From Octopus vulgaris (Eukaryota): a stretch of 64,000 nt of DNA. Both the position numbers and the translations under genes were made by a program. Location: assembly GCA_951406725.2 (NCBI GenBank), contig OX597828.1, positions 76,136,001-76,200,000 of the forward strand. Direction: 5' to 3'. Below the pieces are notes generated by a model. The model was not told where the DNA came from. It searched no databases and saw only the letters and a program-made list of their open reading frames with translations. The stretch's first letter is position 1. Each line of letters starts with the position of its first letter. This document shows positions 15,405 to 30,219 of the stretch, in pieces.

Positions 15405-16199
15405 TTATATTATTACATATTATATATATTAGACGAAGAGCTAAGCTCGAACTGTCAAATTCTGTCCTTTCACCGAGCACCAAGCTCGGGCAGGTCCTCG
15501 TTGTTTTTCTTTTTCATTTGAATTGACTATATATATATATATATGAATAAGCATAGCCACACATACGCTCCACTCTCCACACACGCCCCACCACCACCAT
15601 ACAGATATTTACGAACATCAAATACAACTTATTATTGTAGAAGTTTCACTTTTCTTCTGGTAATAACCATCTGTTTTATACTTATCCCCCAAACACTACA
15701 TAACTGTAGCGTTCTGTCTGCTATAAAAGTACAAAGCAATAGTTTTAATTGAAATTCAGTTTTTTTTCCTTCTATAATTACTTTTACACATCCTTCTTTT
15801 AATATTCCCTGTGTGAGGTTTTTTATCTTTGCTAAAATAGAAAACTTTGTTCTATAATTGTTAAAGAGTGTCCACAGTATAGTTTTGACCAGTAGATAGT
15901 CTTTACCGCGAAAACACCGTACACTTTGTGAATAAAGATTGGTCTAGGAAATTAATATTTCATCCATAACCCCGTCATCATGTTCTTGTTGTTGTTTTTT
16001 GTTGGTATTTTGTCCCCGCTTTAGTCATTGCTTGAATCATAAATTTAGCAATTGTTAAACAACTATTTGAAAATAAACTATTTCCAGTTTTCTACCCGGA
16101 TTACATCTCATTCATCCCGGCATTGTTTTCAAAATCAATTTTTTTTTTTTCCTTATACAAAGACAATAATTTGTCAATTATGAGGAATTTCTGTGCGTT

Positions 16200-16370
16200 C
16201 GCAATATGCAAAAAGGGTATGTCGTGTCCTTCAGTGGAACACTCTATTATTGACCCTGGAGGGATGGAATGCGAAACTGACTTCGGAATCGCTTGAACTC
16301 AGGAACTAATAGCCGTAACAAATGCCGTAAGTTCCTTTTTTCTGTGGCTCTAACGTTTCAAGCAATCCAT
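16200..16370 (-). mobile_element. Degenerate SINE family A copy
   Basis: ttattgaccctggagggatggaatgcgaaactgacttcggaatcgcttgaactcagga resembles the family A reverse complement. Confidence 0.55.
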
Positions 16371-16380
16371 TACTTAAACA

Positions 16381-16445
<65 letters not shown>

Positions 16446-16518
16446 AATGATGATGATGATGATGATAATGATTATAATAATGATAACTATTATAATTATT
16501 ATTATTATTATTATTATT

Positions 16519-16549
<31 letters not shown>

Positions 16550-17074
16550 TAACTATGAAAAGGAAAGGGGATGAGTGGAAGGAGTATATTAATAGTTAAT
16601 ACAAGTAATGCGGTTATTAAATATGGTAATGAGAGGAAGGCGTTAGAGAGGCTAATATTTATTGCAGCAATATTAAATAGATATGTAAGACAATGAAGAA
16701 TTGATTAGGATATTGTACGTTCATTGAATTTAGAACAAAAGATGGTATTGTTTAACGATGTATCTTTCGGAAAAATAGAAAACATAGCAACAACAAGAAG
16801 GACGCTTTGTTCGATACACTCGCAGACACCATTGTGTAATGGGTGGGGAAGAGTGGGGAAGAGAACGACATTTTTGAGGAAGTATTTTCCATGGATTTCC
16901 ACAGTGCCCATCATAAGACTATTTATGAGTGTGTCTGTTGCGAGGACGTATATACATAGGTATACATACATATAGGTATACATACATATATATTCATATA
17001 TTATATATATATATATATTTATTAGAATTATATGTAAATACTACATATATATATATATATTTATATATGTATAT

Positions 17075-17143
<69 letters not shown>

Positions 17144-17154
17144 TAGATTGGTAG

Positions 17155-17173
17155 ATAGATATAGGTAGATAGG

Positions 17174-17257
<84 letters not shown>

Positions 17258-17272
17258 CAGATAGATAGACAG

Positions 17273-17332
<60 letters not shown>

Positions 17333-17396
17333 GAGATAGATAGAGAGATAGATAGAGAGATAGATAGAGAGATAGATAGAGAGATAGAGAGATAGA
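17155..17396. repeat. (GATA)n microsatellite
   Basis: Read directly from the sequence. Confidence 0.95.
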
Positions 17397-17754
17397 CGGA
17401 AAACATTTTACTCGCAGGCTGGTCATTTATTGATACTCAGATAAAGTATACAAATGTAAGGTTAACTCTCTTGTGTTATGCATATGTATATATCTTAATC
17501 TTGTTCTACTCGTATCAGCCATTTTGCTGCGCTCTTGCTCGGATGCCATCTTGAAGAAATTTTTGGGAACGAATCAAAAACGTCTTTTTATTGTTTTTTT
17601 TCTAAGTTGATATATTGAAGGTTTACAAAACACAGACGCAGAAATACACGTACACGCACATACACACATACACGCAGACAGGCACACTCATACACACTTA
17701 CACACACGCACACACATATGCACGCGAACGCACGCCCACACACACACACACATA

Positions 17755-17898
17755 TTCCCGTCCAGTAAAACCACTCACCTGGTTTTGGCCGATCTGAGTG
17801 ATTATATTAGAAGACATCTACCCAAATTGCCACGCAGTGGGACTGAACCCGGAACCATGTAGTAGGAAAGCAAACTTCTAACCACATAGCCACGCCTA
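17755..17898 (-). mobile_element. SINE family B 5' part
   Basis: ccacgcagtgggactgaacccggaaccatgt..accacatagccacgcct. Confidence 0.72.
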
Positions 17899-18763
17899 CA
17901 TACATATATACATGATTGCCGTCTTCTCGTTTGGCGAGCATGATCATTGCTGGCCGGTATGTGTCAGCTATGCTCGTACCAGGGTTTTATGTTGAGTGTA
18001 GCCTTGTACAGCACCAAAACGAATTGCATTAGCAATACCAAGAAGCCCAGAGCAAGGGAAAATGCAAAGGGCAAAATATCCGACTCAGTAGAGCATCCGA
18101 TTTTATATACGAGTTAACATTCCTCTAACAATGACGAGCGAGCGCTCACTCCCACTGCACTTACGACACCCTCGGACACCAACGCGAGTGTTTCTACCTC
18201 CCGTCGCTCATATACTAGTTAACCTATAACAGGGGCCCTGACAGGTGCTATTAATCCGTGTCAGAGTAGACCTGAGACGAATTTGTGACTAAGAGCTGGT
18301 TCAACATTCCTCAAAACACTGGAAATTAATGAACAAGAACCCCATAACCAGATGCAAATTAAAGTCATACACACCACATAGACACACATACTTGCATATA
18401 TACATACAAGCGTAGCGAACCAGAATCTCGTGATTTCGGTCGAAATTTCTTAATCACTCTACGCTCTGTCATGACTGTTTATCATGCCTGGTAATCTATT
18501 CTCAACTGAGAACATCAATCGTTCTCCAGAGTTCATGCATATTTATATGGAAGGCCAGCAGTGCCTATGCAATGTCTCACATGTATACAAATAGAGCTTG
18601 CTCGTCATTGTTGTAAAACAATTTTCCAAATCATCGGATAATGACTCTCCCTCAGGATAAAGTACCAGTTCAACCAACCCAAGCACCGAAGTCGGCCAGC
18701 AGGGCTGAACATCTCTAAAACAAAATTATTGAGTGATCACTCAATTTACTGCAAATTTACCTC

Positions 18764-18822
<59 letters not shown>

Positions 18823-18829
18823 TATATAT

Positions 18830-19231
18830 AAGTAAAATAAGACAACAGACCAAGAGAGTGTGAAATTTCTAGAGCATTTATAAAGACAAAGGTAGTCTTA
18901 CAGCTGTTTCAGGGATATGAGTCATTTCCGTTCATCAGAGACGATATGTGAGAATTAAATATAGGGAAATAGTAGAATTCAATATAAGAAGATATTCTGG
19001 AGATGGAGAGAAAGAGGAAGTAGAAAGGATGTTACAGTCGCAGTTCAACATCTATTGGAACTGCAACTGCAAATATAACATCCAACATATATTTTCGTTT
19101 TTATTCTCTTATTTCCCTTTATACTTCCCATACCTCTTCCTATATCTCTTCCTTTCCAAAATAACTTTTATTAAACTCTAGTATTTCCGTCTATTTAACT
19201 CTCATATCTTCTCTGATGAAGGGACATCCCT
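18830..19231. mobile_element. Inverted pair of hammerhead-bearing PLE pLTR-like fragments
   Basis: The reverse complement of ~18931-19000 (ccagaatatcttcttatattgaattctactatttccctatatttaattctcacatatcgtctctgatgaa) aligns with ~19156-19220 (ccaaaataacttttattaaactctagtatttccgtctatttaactctcatatcttctctgatgaa). The second copy ends in CTGATGA-a-ggga(ca)tccc, then runs into (TATC)n/(TA)n. Confidence 0.65.
18895..18942 (-). ncRNA. Minimal type I hammerhead ribozyme (PLE-type, palindromic stem III)
   Basis: Minus strand reads gtct-CTGATGA-acggaaatgactcatatccct-GAAA-cagctg-TA-agac. Stem I is gtct/agac, stem II is gga..tcc, and the self-complementary CAGCTG stem III is typical of dimeric PLE hammerheads. 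Confidence 0.75.
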
Positions 19232-19235
19232 CATA

Positions 19236-19344
<109 letters not shown>

Positions 19345-19355
19345 ATCTATCTACC

Positions 19356-19399
<44 letters not shown>

Positions 19400-19660
19400 T
19401 ACTGTCATCAGGTGAGATCTAGAAATGGTCAAAAAGCAGTAGATCTCAAATGATTTGAACTTGATATCCGATGTCTTTATCGAGGTTAAAGTCCGAAGGT
19501 TAAAGAATGGCCATTAGGAAAGTCCAGGTGAGCTGATATGGAGATGAACATGATTATCAGAATTAACAGTGTTTACCTGCATCGCTATCTCTCTTTCTCT
19601 CTTTCTCTCTCTCCATATATACATAAATACATACATGTGTGTGTGAGTGTATTTCGATAT

Positions 19661-19778
<118 letters not shown>

Positions 19779-21099
19779 GTATATATATATATATATGAAA
19801 TGTTTTGTTGTATAAGGCAGAGCAGAAAGAAAATGATACTGCGGTGAGTTATTAGAAGAAAGAGGTAGCGTGACGTTTAAGTAATGACTTAGTATGCGAG
19901 ACTATCAATGTAATTTTCAGTCAATGTAATTTTCATCGAAGGAGATCTAGTTTGAAATAGCCACAGAGATCGACTTCATAACCTCTACCTCTGCCCATAA
20001 CTAACAACCTTCAACGTGGTAGTGAGTGGTCGAAGCAAATCGATACTGAAGCTTCTAGTAAAGATAGATTTCCTGTTTAACTTTATGCCACAAATGGCGG
20101 AGTGGTTAAATATCTATGACGTCATATGTTTTCCAGTTTGCCAAGCCACCCACAGTCAAATGTTCATTCGCTGAGATAATTGAAAAAGAGAGAAAAAAGA
20201 AAAAAAAAGCTGAAGAAAAATAAAAGGAAGAGGAGATTCAAATTTGAAACTTTTTCTTGCCAATGGCAGGAGGAACGGCTGTGATTTCTTTCTACGATAT
20301 TTTCACTCTAACATTTTCTACCGTCAAGAGATTCACTCGATATACAATTTTAAAGAGTGTGCCAGCTTCTCTATCTTATTTCTATTATTATCACGTGCAT
20401 AAATATTTAATGTAGATGTCTCAAAATAGTTGCGTCTAAATAGTAAGAGCCGAGCATCTTAACGCTAGTGATAAGCTATTATAAAGTAAAAGCTTCAAAC
20501 TTGTTTTAGTTCCCACGTTCTTCTATCTAACTTCACCCTCTCCACCAATCGCATTGTGAAGTAGCATTGACGTCACGTTTCGGAATAATTTTTATCTACC
20601 AAATACAATTTGGTTGTTGAATGATTCAAGAACTCAGCTGAGAACAGTATTGCAAATATTTGAACCTGTTGATCGAACTGGTGAACTACAGTATATATTA
20701 AGTAAATATTTTATTTCCTGCCCAGTAGGATAAACTCACTTTCACTGCTGCTACCAAATTAAAACATCGTTGATCTAGAGGGAGCCTCTATATAGTCGTG
20801 CTATCTGCTAAAAACAACTGCTAAATCTCAACTTCTTTTTTCATCTAGAGTCTCAAGAAAACAATATATCAACGGGTGATTTCCAAGGTACTCTAATTCT
20901 TATAAAGAATGAAAATCCTTATCAGAAAGTAGAGGTAATCTTGGTTAGATTCTGCCTATAGTCACACGTGACTGTCATCCAACCAAACTACAGACGAGAA
21001 GCACCAACATTTTCCCAAGTATCTACGCTTTGTATCTGTAGAATTAGTGGTGAAGATCGCGCCCTGGCAACATAACCATCTGGATTTTTCTCAAATTTT

Positions 21100-21540
21100 C
21101 TAGCACCATTTCCCCGCCACTTCCCCGCTGCTCGTTCTCGGGCTTTTCTTTATTTGTCTTATAGTCGAATTAAAATATCCTAAAAACTGTCGATACTTCT
21201 GTGTTATATTCTTGTCATTCTGCCTGATAATTAGTTCGCCAATCTGGTCGTTCAGGTTGTTCCATTTCAGGAACAATGTACCAACCTCCCAGAAACTCGT
21301 ATTTATACATATCATCAAGCGCGGATTAACAATTCGAAGTGGTGGCCCTTGGCTTCTGTTCATGTCCAGCACCAATAAGTTGCCAACTGAATTTAGAGAG
21401 ATTATTCGGACCTCGAAATCATTTCCATTGAACCAGGCCAAACAAATGATGCTAAAGTTTGTAGCTACAGGAAACCCAGATTGAAGCCGTACTTGAAGTA
21501 CTGTTCTTGATAAAGCACTCCACATCCATATCTATTGTCC
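21100..21540 (-). mobile_element. Degenerate LINE apurinic endonuclease (APE) fragment, probably RTE-like
   Basis: ORF 21100-21525 has NLLVL-DMN (LLVLGDMN-like), MICINTSF (xIxNTxF-like) and DQIGELII (QIDYILI-like) in the expected order. Confidence 0.5.
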
Positions 21541-21616
21541 TGATTTAATTAAGCAAGTAATTTTATATTTAGGCCAGGCCTAAGTCTGTGCAGGTATATA
21601 CATAAATGTATAAAAA

Positions 21617-21828
21617 AGCGGCGAGCTGGTAGAAATGTTAGCAGGCCGGGTGAAATGCTAAAGGTATTTCGTCTGTCTTTACGTTCTGAGTTCAAATTCT
21701 GCCGAGGTCAACTTTGCCTTTTATCCTTTTGGGGTAGATAAATTAAGTACCAGTTCCGTACTGAGGTCGATCTAATCGATTGGCCCCCTTCCACCAAATT
21801 TCGGGTTTGTGCCTAGAGTAGAAAAGGA
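21617..21828 (+). mobile_element. SINE family A copy
   Basis: Same head, B-box and core as 58896-59124, with a different 3' tail (cccttccaccaaatttcgggtttgtgcctagagtagaaa). Confidence 0.85.
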
Positions 21829-22622
21829 TATATACTCATACTTAGTAAGGTAATAATAGGTGGGGAAAATTTCAGTGAGATGTCACATCATATCGTTTTC
21901 GAAGAACGTGTTTGTAGACCTCTTTTCTGAGGAGGTAGTCATGAAAAGGCTCCTCCGTAATCGTGCTATCCGTTCCTTTTCCGTAAATTTGGAAAATTTT
22001 GCATTTTATTCCATCATCCCACATCTTTTGCCATCCACCTGTGGGCAGGTTTGTGTCACAAAATAAGCACTTGTCATCACGCGTATTCCTCGATTTCATT
22101 ATTAGAGTACCCCACCCTACATACTCATGACTCCTTATCGATGAGACACAAATTAAAACGCACATCAATAATTGTTTTCTTACAACTGTTATTTAGGTAT
22201 TGACAGTGTTATGGTTTTTTTTTTCCATTTTCAAAAAGAAAATTAAGTCACATTCCTCATTGACAAATAAGATCTTCGCGGTTCATATGACACCCTCGTG
22301 CATATTTATTTTTAGTGCGGACCGAGACATGTGCGATAAATTATGTAAAATATTTGGCAGCCCTAAATCTCCTCCATAGCTTTGAGTATCCTTGGTGACG
22401 CCAAAGAATCTATGAATGCTTGTATTCAATATTCTGCTTAACTTTGATCAAATCCTATCCATGTTCTCCAACATGTTCCTAATTCTTGTTCTAATAATGG
22501 AAACTCTTGTACTTTGCAAGCAATGAACACCACCACCACCACCACCACCACCAAGAACAAGAACAAGAACAACGATGATATCAACAATAGTAATAGCAGT
22601 AGTAGTAGTAATAATAATGAGG

Positions 22623-22656
<34 letters not shown>

Positions 22657-23112
22657 TGATGATGATAATGATAATGATGTATGCATTTGGTGTTTGTAGG
22701 TAATATTTTCGGCAGAAACAAAAAGAATCTAAAATAGAAGACTTGAATTCCACTTAAAACAACATAAAATATAACATAAAGAGCTAAAACAAAACTAAAA
22801 GGAAAAAAAAAAGATATTTGGCTACAATTCGATTAGTATTTGCATTTTTATTATATATGAGGGAATTTTCTTATTGGTTGCGGTGGGGGTGGGGCATCAC
22901 GGTTTTAGGTAATTATTTTTGTTGGTTTTTAAGTATTTTGTCTTTTGTTTTCCTTCTTGTAATTCATATTGTTGCTGCTGTAGTTGTTGCTTAGAAAAAT
23001 CGAAGTAAACAAATGAATTCATCTGATATATGGGTCAATATTTAGGGGTGAGAGAGAAAGAGGGAGAGAGACATAACGATATATATATATACATACATAC
23101 ATATATACATAC

Positions 23113-23177
<65 letters not shown>

Positions 23178-23765
23178 AAGATATATATATACATACATAC
23201 ATATATATATATGTATATGTATATATAAATATATATATGTATAAAGATATATATACACACAGAAACAAACAGACAGACACACAGACAGACAGAAGAGAGA
23301 GAGACAAAGATTGAAAGATATAGAGACCGAATCAAATAATAGAAGACGATAGTAAAAGACAGAAATAAAGAGAGGAAGATAGAGACAGAGATGAAGCGAG
23401 AGGCAGAGAGACGTAGACAGAGCGAGAAAGGACAAAATGTTGGAAGGTCAAATGGAAGAGAAAAGAAGAGGAAATCGGATTATGAGACCGAGTAATTAGA
23501 ATTATAGAAAAAAAAAACTTATATAAAAACTAGTAACAACAACAACAACAAAAACAATACTAAAGAAAGAAAAGGGAAGAATTAAAACAAAAAAAATGGA
23601 GATAGAAACTCTAATTTGTTTGCGTGTTTAAGAAAATATAAATAATAAAGACAATGGGTTCGTTAATTTTTGTTTTGTTACAATAATATGGTTGAACTGG
23701 CAGACGTTGATATAAAAACAGGGCCATGAAGAGGCTGTTTAAGGCCAATATGTATACACACGTAC

Positions 23766-23809
<44 letters not shown>

Positions 23810-24183
23810 TTATTATTTGTGATTGATTCCGATCTAATATTAATTGTTATTGCAAACTTTTTCTGATGTTATTGTTGTAGAATGTGTTTGCAGCTTCGGT
23901 GTCTATCGTATATTCTCTCTAGTCATCAACAACTTGATAGCAACGGTTAGACTGCTTCTTAATGAGGTCTTATACGACTGAAACATATCGCTAAACTTGT
24001 CACTTACCATACCGACTAAAGATCTCTAACTCACCGCTGCATTTTATATTTAATTCACATTACTCATTTTCTACTATAGTGTTGTCTCCTTTGCCTCTCT
24101 TACCCAGAATTAATCATAACTTTATTAATTGGTTTTTCATCATCATTGCTTTAGATTAAAAGACATTGCCATGAAATTATGTA

Positions 24184-25012
24184 TTGGGCTGGCAACTACA
24201 TTCCCGCCGTTTTTTAAAATTAATTTTTTTAAGGGTTAATAAAGAACAACAACTAATTAATCAACAATGTATTCACCCGTGTTGTTTAAAACATCTTCCC
24301 GACATTCAACAAGATTTTCAATACCTCGTTGGTAGAAATCATCCAATTTCGACTCGAAAAGTTGATCCAACCAAGCTCTCAATTCTGCATCAGTATTGAA
24401 CGAAGCTCTGCGCATATCATTTGAAAGAGATTGAAAGAAGTGGAAATCCGTTGGTGCCAAATCAGGAGAGTACGCGGGTGTGGCAGCACTTCCCAGCCAT
24501 GCGTTTGAATGGCTTCCTTGGTCATATTGGCAATATGAGGGCGGGCGTTGTCGTGCAGCAGAAGAACCCCATGCTGACGATTAGGTCTTTTCTCTTGAAC
24601 TGCCGCGCTGAGTCGTTCCATCTGTTGAACATCTGTTGAGTTCCGCGTTGACCTTTTGGTTCCGTTCAAGAAATTCGTAATGGATAATCTCTTCCCAGTC
24701 CCACCATACGCAGAACATCGTTTTAGATGAAGACCTTGTTTCAGGCCCGCTTTTGTTCGGTTTCACGTAGGTTTTGTGGCCTTAGAACCATAATTAAAAG
24801 CAAAAAGGTGTCGAAAATGCTGGTTTTTCTAAACTTGACATTCCTTTTTAATGATCTGAAAATAACCAAAAATTAACTAAAACTAATTAGAAAAAATTTA
24901 TATTCCAAAATTATTCAAAAATAGATTTTTCGAAAAAATAGATTCTACAATTTAAAAACTCAATAAATTCCAAAATTAAAAAAATCGGCGGGAACTTAGT
25001 TGCCAACCCTAA
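24184..25012 (-). mobile_element. Internally deleted mariner DNA transposon with TIRs and TA target duplication
   Basis: Left TA-ttgggctggcaactacattcccgccg matches the reverse complement of right cggcgggaacttagttgccaaccctaa-TA. Minus frames give KTMFCVWWD, LLHDNARPH, WEVLPHP and APTDFHFF (mariner catalytic motifs). The N-terminal half is missing. Confidence 0.92.
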
Positions 25013-25099
25013 TATGTTGTCACCCTCTTTACAGTATTTTTCTTCTCTTGCTTCTGCTAAACTGCAATGGCATGCAAACTGTGGTTTCAGCAGTCAATA

Positions 25100-26250
25100 A
25101 CCCTTGCTCCTGTAACAACTGAATATCCTTACCGAGTGTAACCAACAGCACTTTGCTATTAATACTGCGTTCCAAAGACAAATGGCATAAGCGCCGATGT
25201 TCTATGTTATCTCCGGAACCGGAAGAAGAAAACTCACATCGGAGAGGTTCTCTGAATTTGTGGAGCCGAGTAAATTCTGTTGAGATTATTCAAAGTTTTA
25301 GCCAAGTGGTGTTTTTTACTGTCCAATTGATTAGATACCCCATTCATGAACTGATAGAATCCTTCCCGCGCAGACGACGGCTTACGTGTACAAGGATTTG
25401 ATCGAATACATTTGTCTATGGTACCCTTTAGTGAGATTGAACTAGAAGCCTCGACGTTGCGAAAAGAACTTAACCACGTGGATCATACTTATCCCATTTC
25501 CAGCAAATTTCCACCAGAGAACTTTATATATTCTTTTCTGAGTGAGGAGATTCACAAGTCCGTGCAATTTGTGACATAAATGGACGTCAGAATGAAGACT
25601 GAATGAATAGAGACAGGTCTGATGCCTTGTTTGATGTAGGAAGTGGACAAAATAGACAGAGATGCTTGAAAACATCTAGAGATACCTGACCGACAGATTG
25701 CCTTGCTGAACTATTTCCCTACGGCAGTTTCTAAGTTTCCATCGTTAATGATATTACAACCGCGGTGCACGAAGGAGATAAGGATCTTCATAATCTTGCC
25801 CTCCGGCAAGAATTGTTTCTATTGTATCTCAACCATAATCACTTGGGTCTTTTTCATCGCTGATACGAGCACCGACCCTTCAGATGCTGTTACTGTAACT
25901 GGGATTCAGGCCTTGGTTTACCGTATATAAGGCACTAAGGACACCTAGATCGTTAGTGAAGTCTAGTTTTTTGTATTTTCCTTTTCCGCATTTGATGGGT
26001 CCATATGCTGGACCCCTCAGAGGTGATCCTTATGATACAATCCAACATCGGTATGAACAAGAATGGTACCAGTACACATACATGGTGTCGAAGCTTATAA
26101 AGTTAGCATTTTGTTTCTCATGCATCATAGTATCCGCCGGGACCAAACGAAGGATGAATGTGGGAGGAAAGCATTTGGAAACTAAATAGAGACGAGAGTT
26201 ACCGCAATAAATGTGATCAAAGGAGTTGTACAAGAGACAAAAAGATGGCG
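25100..26250 (-). mobile_element. Highly decayed RTE-like RT fragment
   Basis: Minus frames give VLVPFLFIPMLDCIIR (like LAPFLFIIVLDYVMR), LDFTNDL (like LDFADDI) and ..SAMKKTQVI, in order. Boundaries are approximate. Confidence 0.45.
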
Positions 26251-27261
26251 CTCAAGAGGAAATGGCATAAAGTACAGAATCGTTAAGGAGTTGATAGTAT
26301 CTCGAAGTGTTTCATGTCCCCAATTCAAGTGTGAGGATTGACAGAAGTTGATAACAAACGAGGATGAGAGGAAGACTCATCGTTAAAAGCTATTTACATT
26401 GATACCGTCTCCATAGATTACGTGAAGACAGACACTTCCCTGGTAATACGATGGCCAGCTGAAACTTTAAACGGTTGAAATGAGATTGTTGTTATGTAAA
26501 TGGATTTCGTGTTCGTAAAATAAGCCTGCAGAACGCCTAAATAGTAATCAAACTAAATTGTAATACTCTCAAGCTAAAAAGAATGTGTCTTTTCGCCAAC
26601 ATTTTACGTTAACGAACTGTAACTGTGTATAATATGTACTTAAAACTACAGAATCTGATTCAAACAGGGTTTGAATAAATCAGTAAGTATTTTTTTATGG
26701 CCTAAGATCATCCTATATAGAATGACATAAATAGCAACTGTCTTTTCGTATATGTTCTGTCATTTCTTAAGCGAACGATTTGGGCTAGGAGAACTTGTTG
26801 CTACTTCTAGCAGGCCGATCTAGCACACAAACAGCAGCGGAAGTGATGAAGCAAAAACCAGACAGTGAAGTAGCATCACATAATTTTACTTAAAGTTTTT
26901 GTAAGTTACAGTCTGTAAATTGTAACAAAATGGACGCAATTCCGTTGTTATTTATTACATCACAGACTCGATTTGAAGTGCAGACTGCGCTCTAACGTTT
27001 ATATTTATTACTGTTGGTGAGTTATGGTGCTTCGGGATGTGAACGTTGCGTAAGTAATTATATTAGCAGAGGAAATATCAAACTGCGGTTATTATTAAAG
27101 TGGTTGTGTAGCCCCATTTCAGCCACAGATAGAGTCATATACCATGCTCGTTGCGGCTCGTAGTACTGTGATCGATATGACCGCGTGAGACTTACCACTG
27201 ACTAGCTGTGCTATGATCTGTTAGAAGAATCCACAGAAATTGTTTCAACATGAATTAATAT

Positions 27262-27609
27262 AGGCGCAGGTGTGGCATCTTGGACAAGTGTGTTCCGTTA
27301 TAGCCCCGGGTCGGCCAAATCCTTGTGAGTGGATCTGGTGGACGGTGACTGAATAAAGCTTGTCGTATATGTATTGATATATGCGTGTGAGTCTGTGTGT
27401 GTAGGTTTGTCCTGCTAAACCGCTTGGCAGCCGGTGTCGGTATGTTTACGTCCCTGTAACATAGCGGTGCAGCAAAAGAAAACGACAGAATAAGTACAAG
27501 ACTTTAAAAAAATAAGTCCTGGGGTCTATTTGTTCGACTAAAACCCTTCAAGGCAGTGCACCAGCATGGCCGCAGTGAAAAATGACTCATACAAATATAA
27601 GGTAAAAGA
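27262..27609 (+). mobile_element. SINE family B copy with deleted tRNA head
   Basis: aggcgcaggtgtggcatcttggacaagtg..ccttgtgagtggat..aaggcagtgcaccagcatggccgcagt. Confidence 0.78.
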
Positions 27610-28186
27610 TAATATACTTGGTACATGATCCCAGGCATTGACATTTTAGAAATAAAAATGCGATACAAATTAGACAGACGAGTTTAAGCATTTCTCAGTA
27701 AGTTTTGTCTTCTAGAAGCCGGGGCCAGGCAGCAACATCACCATTCAGTGTGTTTGGCTTTCTTTCCTCAACACCTTCTGGTGAATGTAACGAGTCGGAT
27801 GGTGCTGCACTATTTTCTGCCTCCTGCCGCGATGTGGGTTTCATCTCAAATATCAGATCAAAAATTTGGCCAGACGCTCTTTGACAACTTCGACACCTAC
27901 ACCACGCTAATCTCTGGGGCTGTTTAGCAGAATGCTGAACTGTTGCGGAACCCTGAAACCCGAGCTGTAACGGAACTGCGTCCTATGGAACACAGCATAT
28001 AGGAGTTCTTGCTACAAATATCACTGCGCAATATTAGAATAAGATAGAATTTACATAGGAAACTTTCTAAGTCTCTATTCTTGTATGTAGCCACTGCATA
28101 TTTTGAATTTGTCTGACATAAGATCAAAAGAAACATCTAAACATTCAGATAAAGGGTGAATTAGCAATGCCTTCTAAAGAAGGCCG

Positions 28187-28252
<66 letters not shown>

Positions 28253-28354
28253 GAAGAAAATGGTTATAATATCAATAGGAAACTCATGGTTTTCGCTGGC
28301 ATGTCTTTAATTAACTAGGTAACGAAGAAGTGAGAAGCAGAGATGAGGGTGGCA

Positions 28355-28471
<117 letters not shown>

Positions 28472-28820
28472 ATATAGTTACTATTATGCAAAGGTGTCGT
28501 TGGTCCAAAACGTAGCTTTTTCAGGAAACGAAAACATAGTTTCACCGTTCCATTTCTTTTTACATTAGCAACAGTTTCAGCTTAACAATAGCACTTTGTT
28601 GGTTGCATATAAGTCCATGCATGTTGTCGTATTTTCAGTAAGTATTTTTTGTACTACTGTCGTATGTGGGACATACTACTATTTTGAAAAATGCCAAACC
28701 GTTGTATTACACTTTGCCAATTTTCATATCTTGGTACCTGAAGCAACTGGAGGAACGATAATTTCACCCTAAAACCGGCTTGTAATACTGAAAAGAACAT
28801 GTAGCAGTTTAATATATTAG

Positions 28821-28919
<99 letters not shown>

Positions 28920-28990
28920 TGTGTGTCTGTGTGTATGTGTGTGTATATATATACATACACACATACATATGTGTGTGTGTGTATATTATT

Positions 28991-29341
28991 TTATTCTTTT
29001 ATTTGTTTCAGTCAATTTGACTGCATCCATGCTGGAGTCGAACCAATCCACTTTAGGACTTATTCTTCGTAAACCTAGTACTTATTTTACCGGAATCTTT
29101 TGCCGAACCGCTACGTCACGGGGAAGTAAACACACCAACATCGGTTGGAAGGACAAACACAGACACTAAAATGTATACATATATATACGAAGCGCGTCAT
29201 TCCGTTTCCGTCTACCAATACCACTCACAAGTTTTTGGCCGGCCCGAGACCGACAATTGCCCAAGGTTTTACGCAGTGGGACTGAACCGGAACCATGTGG
29301 TTGGGAAGCGAGCTTCTTAACTCACAGTCACTACTGCGCCT
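28991..29341 (-). mobile_element. SINE family B copy
   Basis: Collinear with 31281-31671 from tail to head. Confidence 0.8.
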
Positions 29342-29365
29342 ATTTTATACACACACACACACACA

Positions 29366-29412
<47 letters not shown>

Positions 29413-30141
29413 GTATGTAAGCAAATATACACGTGTGCACACACACACACGTTAAGGACTCCATCCTGTAACAGAAAAGTATAATTTAACGGACTCAGGA
29501 TTCAAAATAACAGTTACTAATGGATGTTTACCGTAGAAATATTGTGATTTGCCAGAATTACATAACGTACCTTTTGTCTCCTAGTGATCATCACGTTCAG
29601 AGACCACGTGCTCTCAGCCCATTGATTGATAAGAGATTCACGTACTACAAATCTGCTTAATCACGGTGTCCTCATGGCAAGAAACTGTTAGCAGCTCTCA
29701 GTTTAAATGCTGTGTTCATTATATATATATATATATATAACATTATATTATATTATATTATATTATGCTATATGATTTATTGTTTTCGAGTCTCAATTAA
29801 TCGTACGTAAGGACAAAAGCACGTATTTATAACCAATATTTAGTTGGGTCCACTTGTGTTCACAATACAAAAGAATAATATATATGAGTGCATACAATGT
29901 ATGCACATATGCATGTATGCTTCGCTCTGTATGTAACTATACCTGTGTATTTGTGTGTGTGTGTGTGTGTGTGTCGCAATGATAATTAACCTTACTGAGG
30001 TGCAAAGCCTTCAAGCTTTTTTAAAATTTCTCTCTCTCTCTTATTCATTTTCTGTCTCACTGTATATGTATGTGTGTATAGATGTATGTATATATTCTTT
30101 TGTCGCATTTATAATTAACCGTACTGAGGTACAAGAATTCA

Positions 30142-30219
<78 letters not shown>

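Noticed and set aside
21872-22168. 98-aa ORF with Cys spacing vaguely like a Merlin/ISXO2 N-terminus
   Set aside because: No catalytic motifs or TIRs were recognised.
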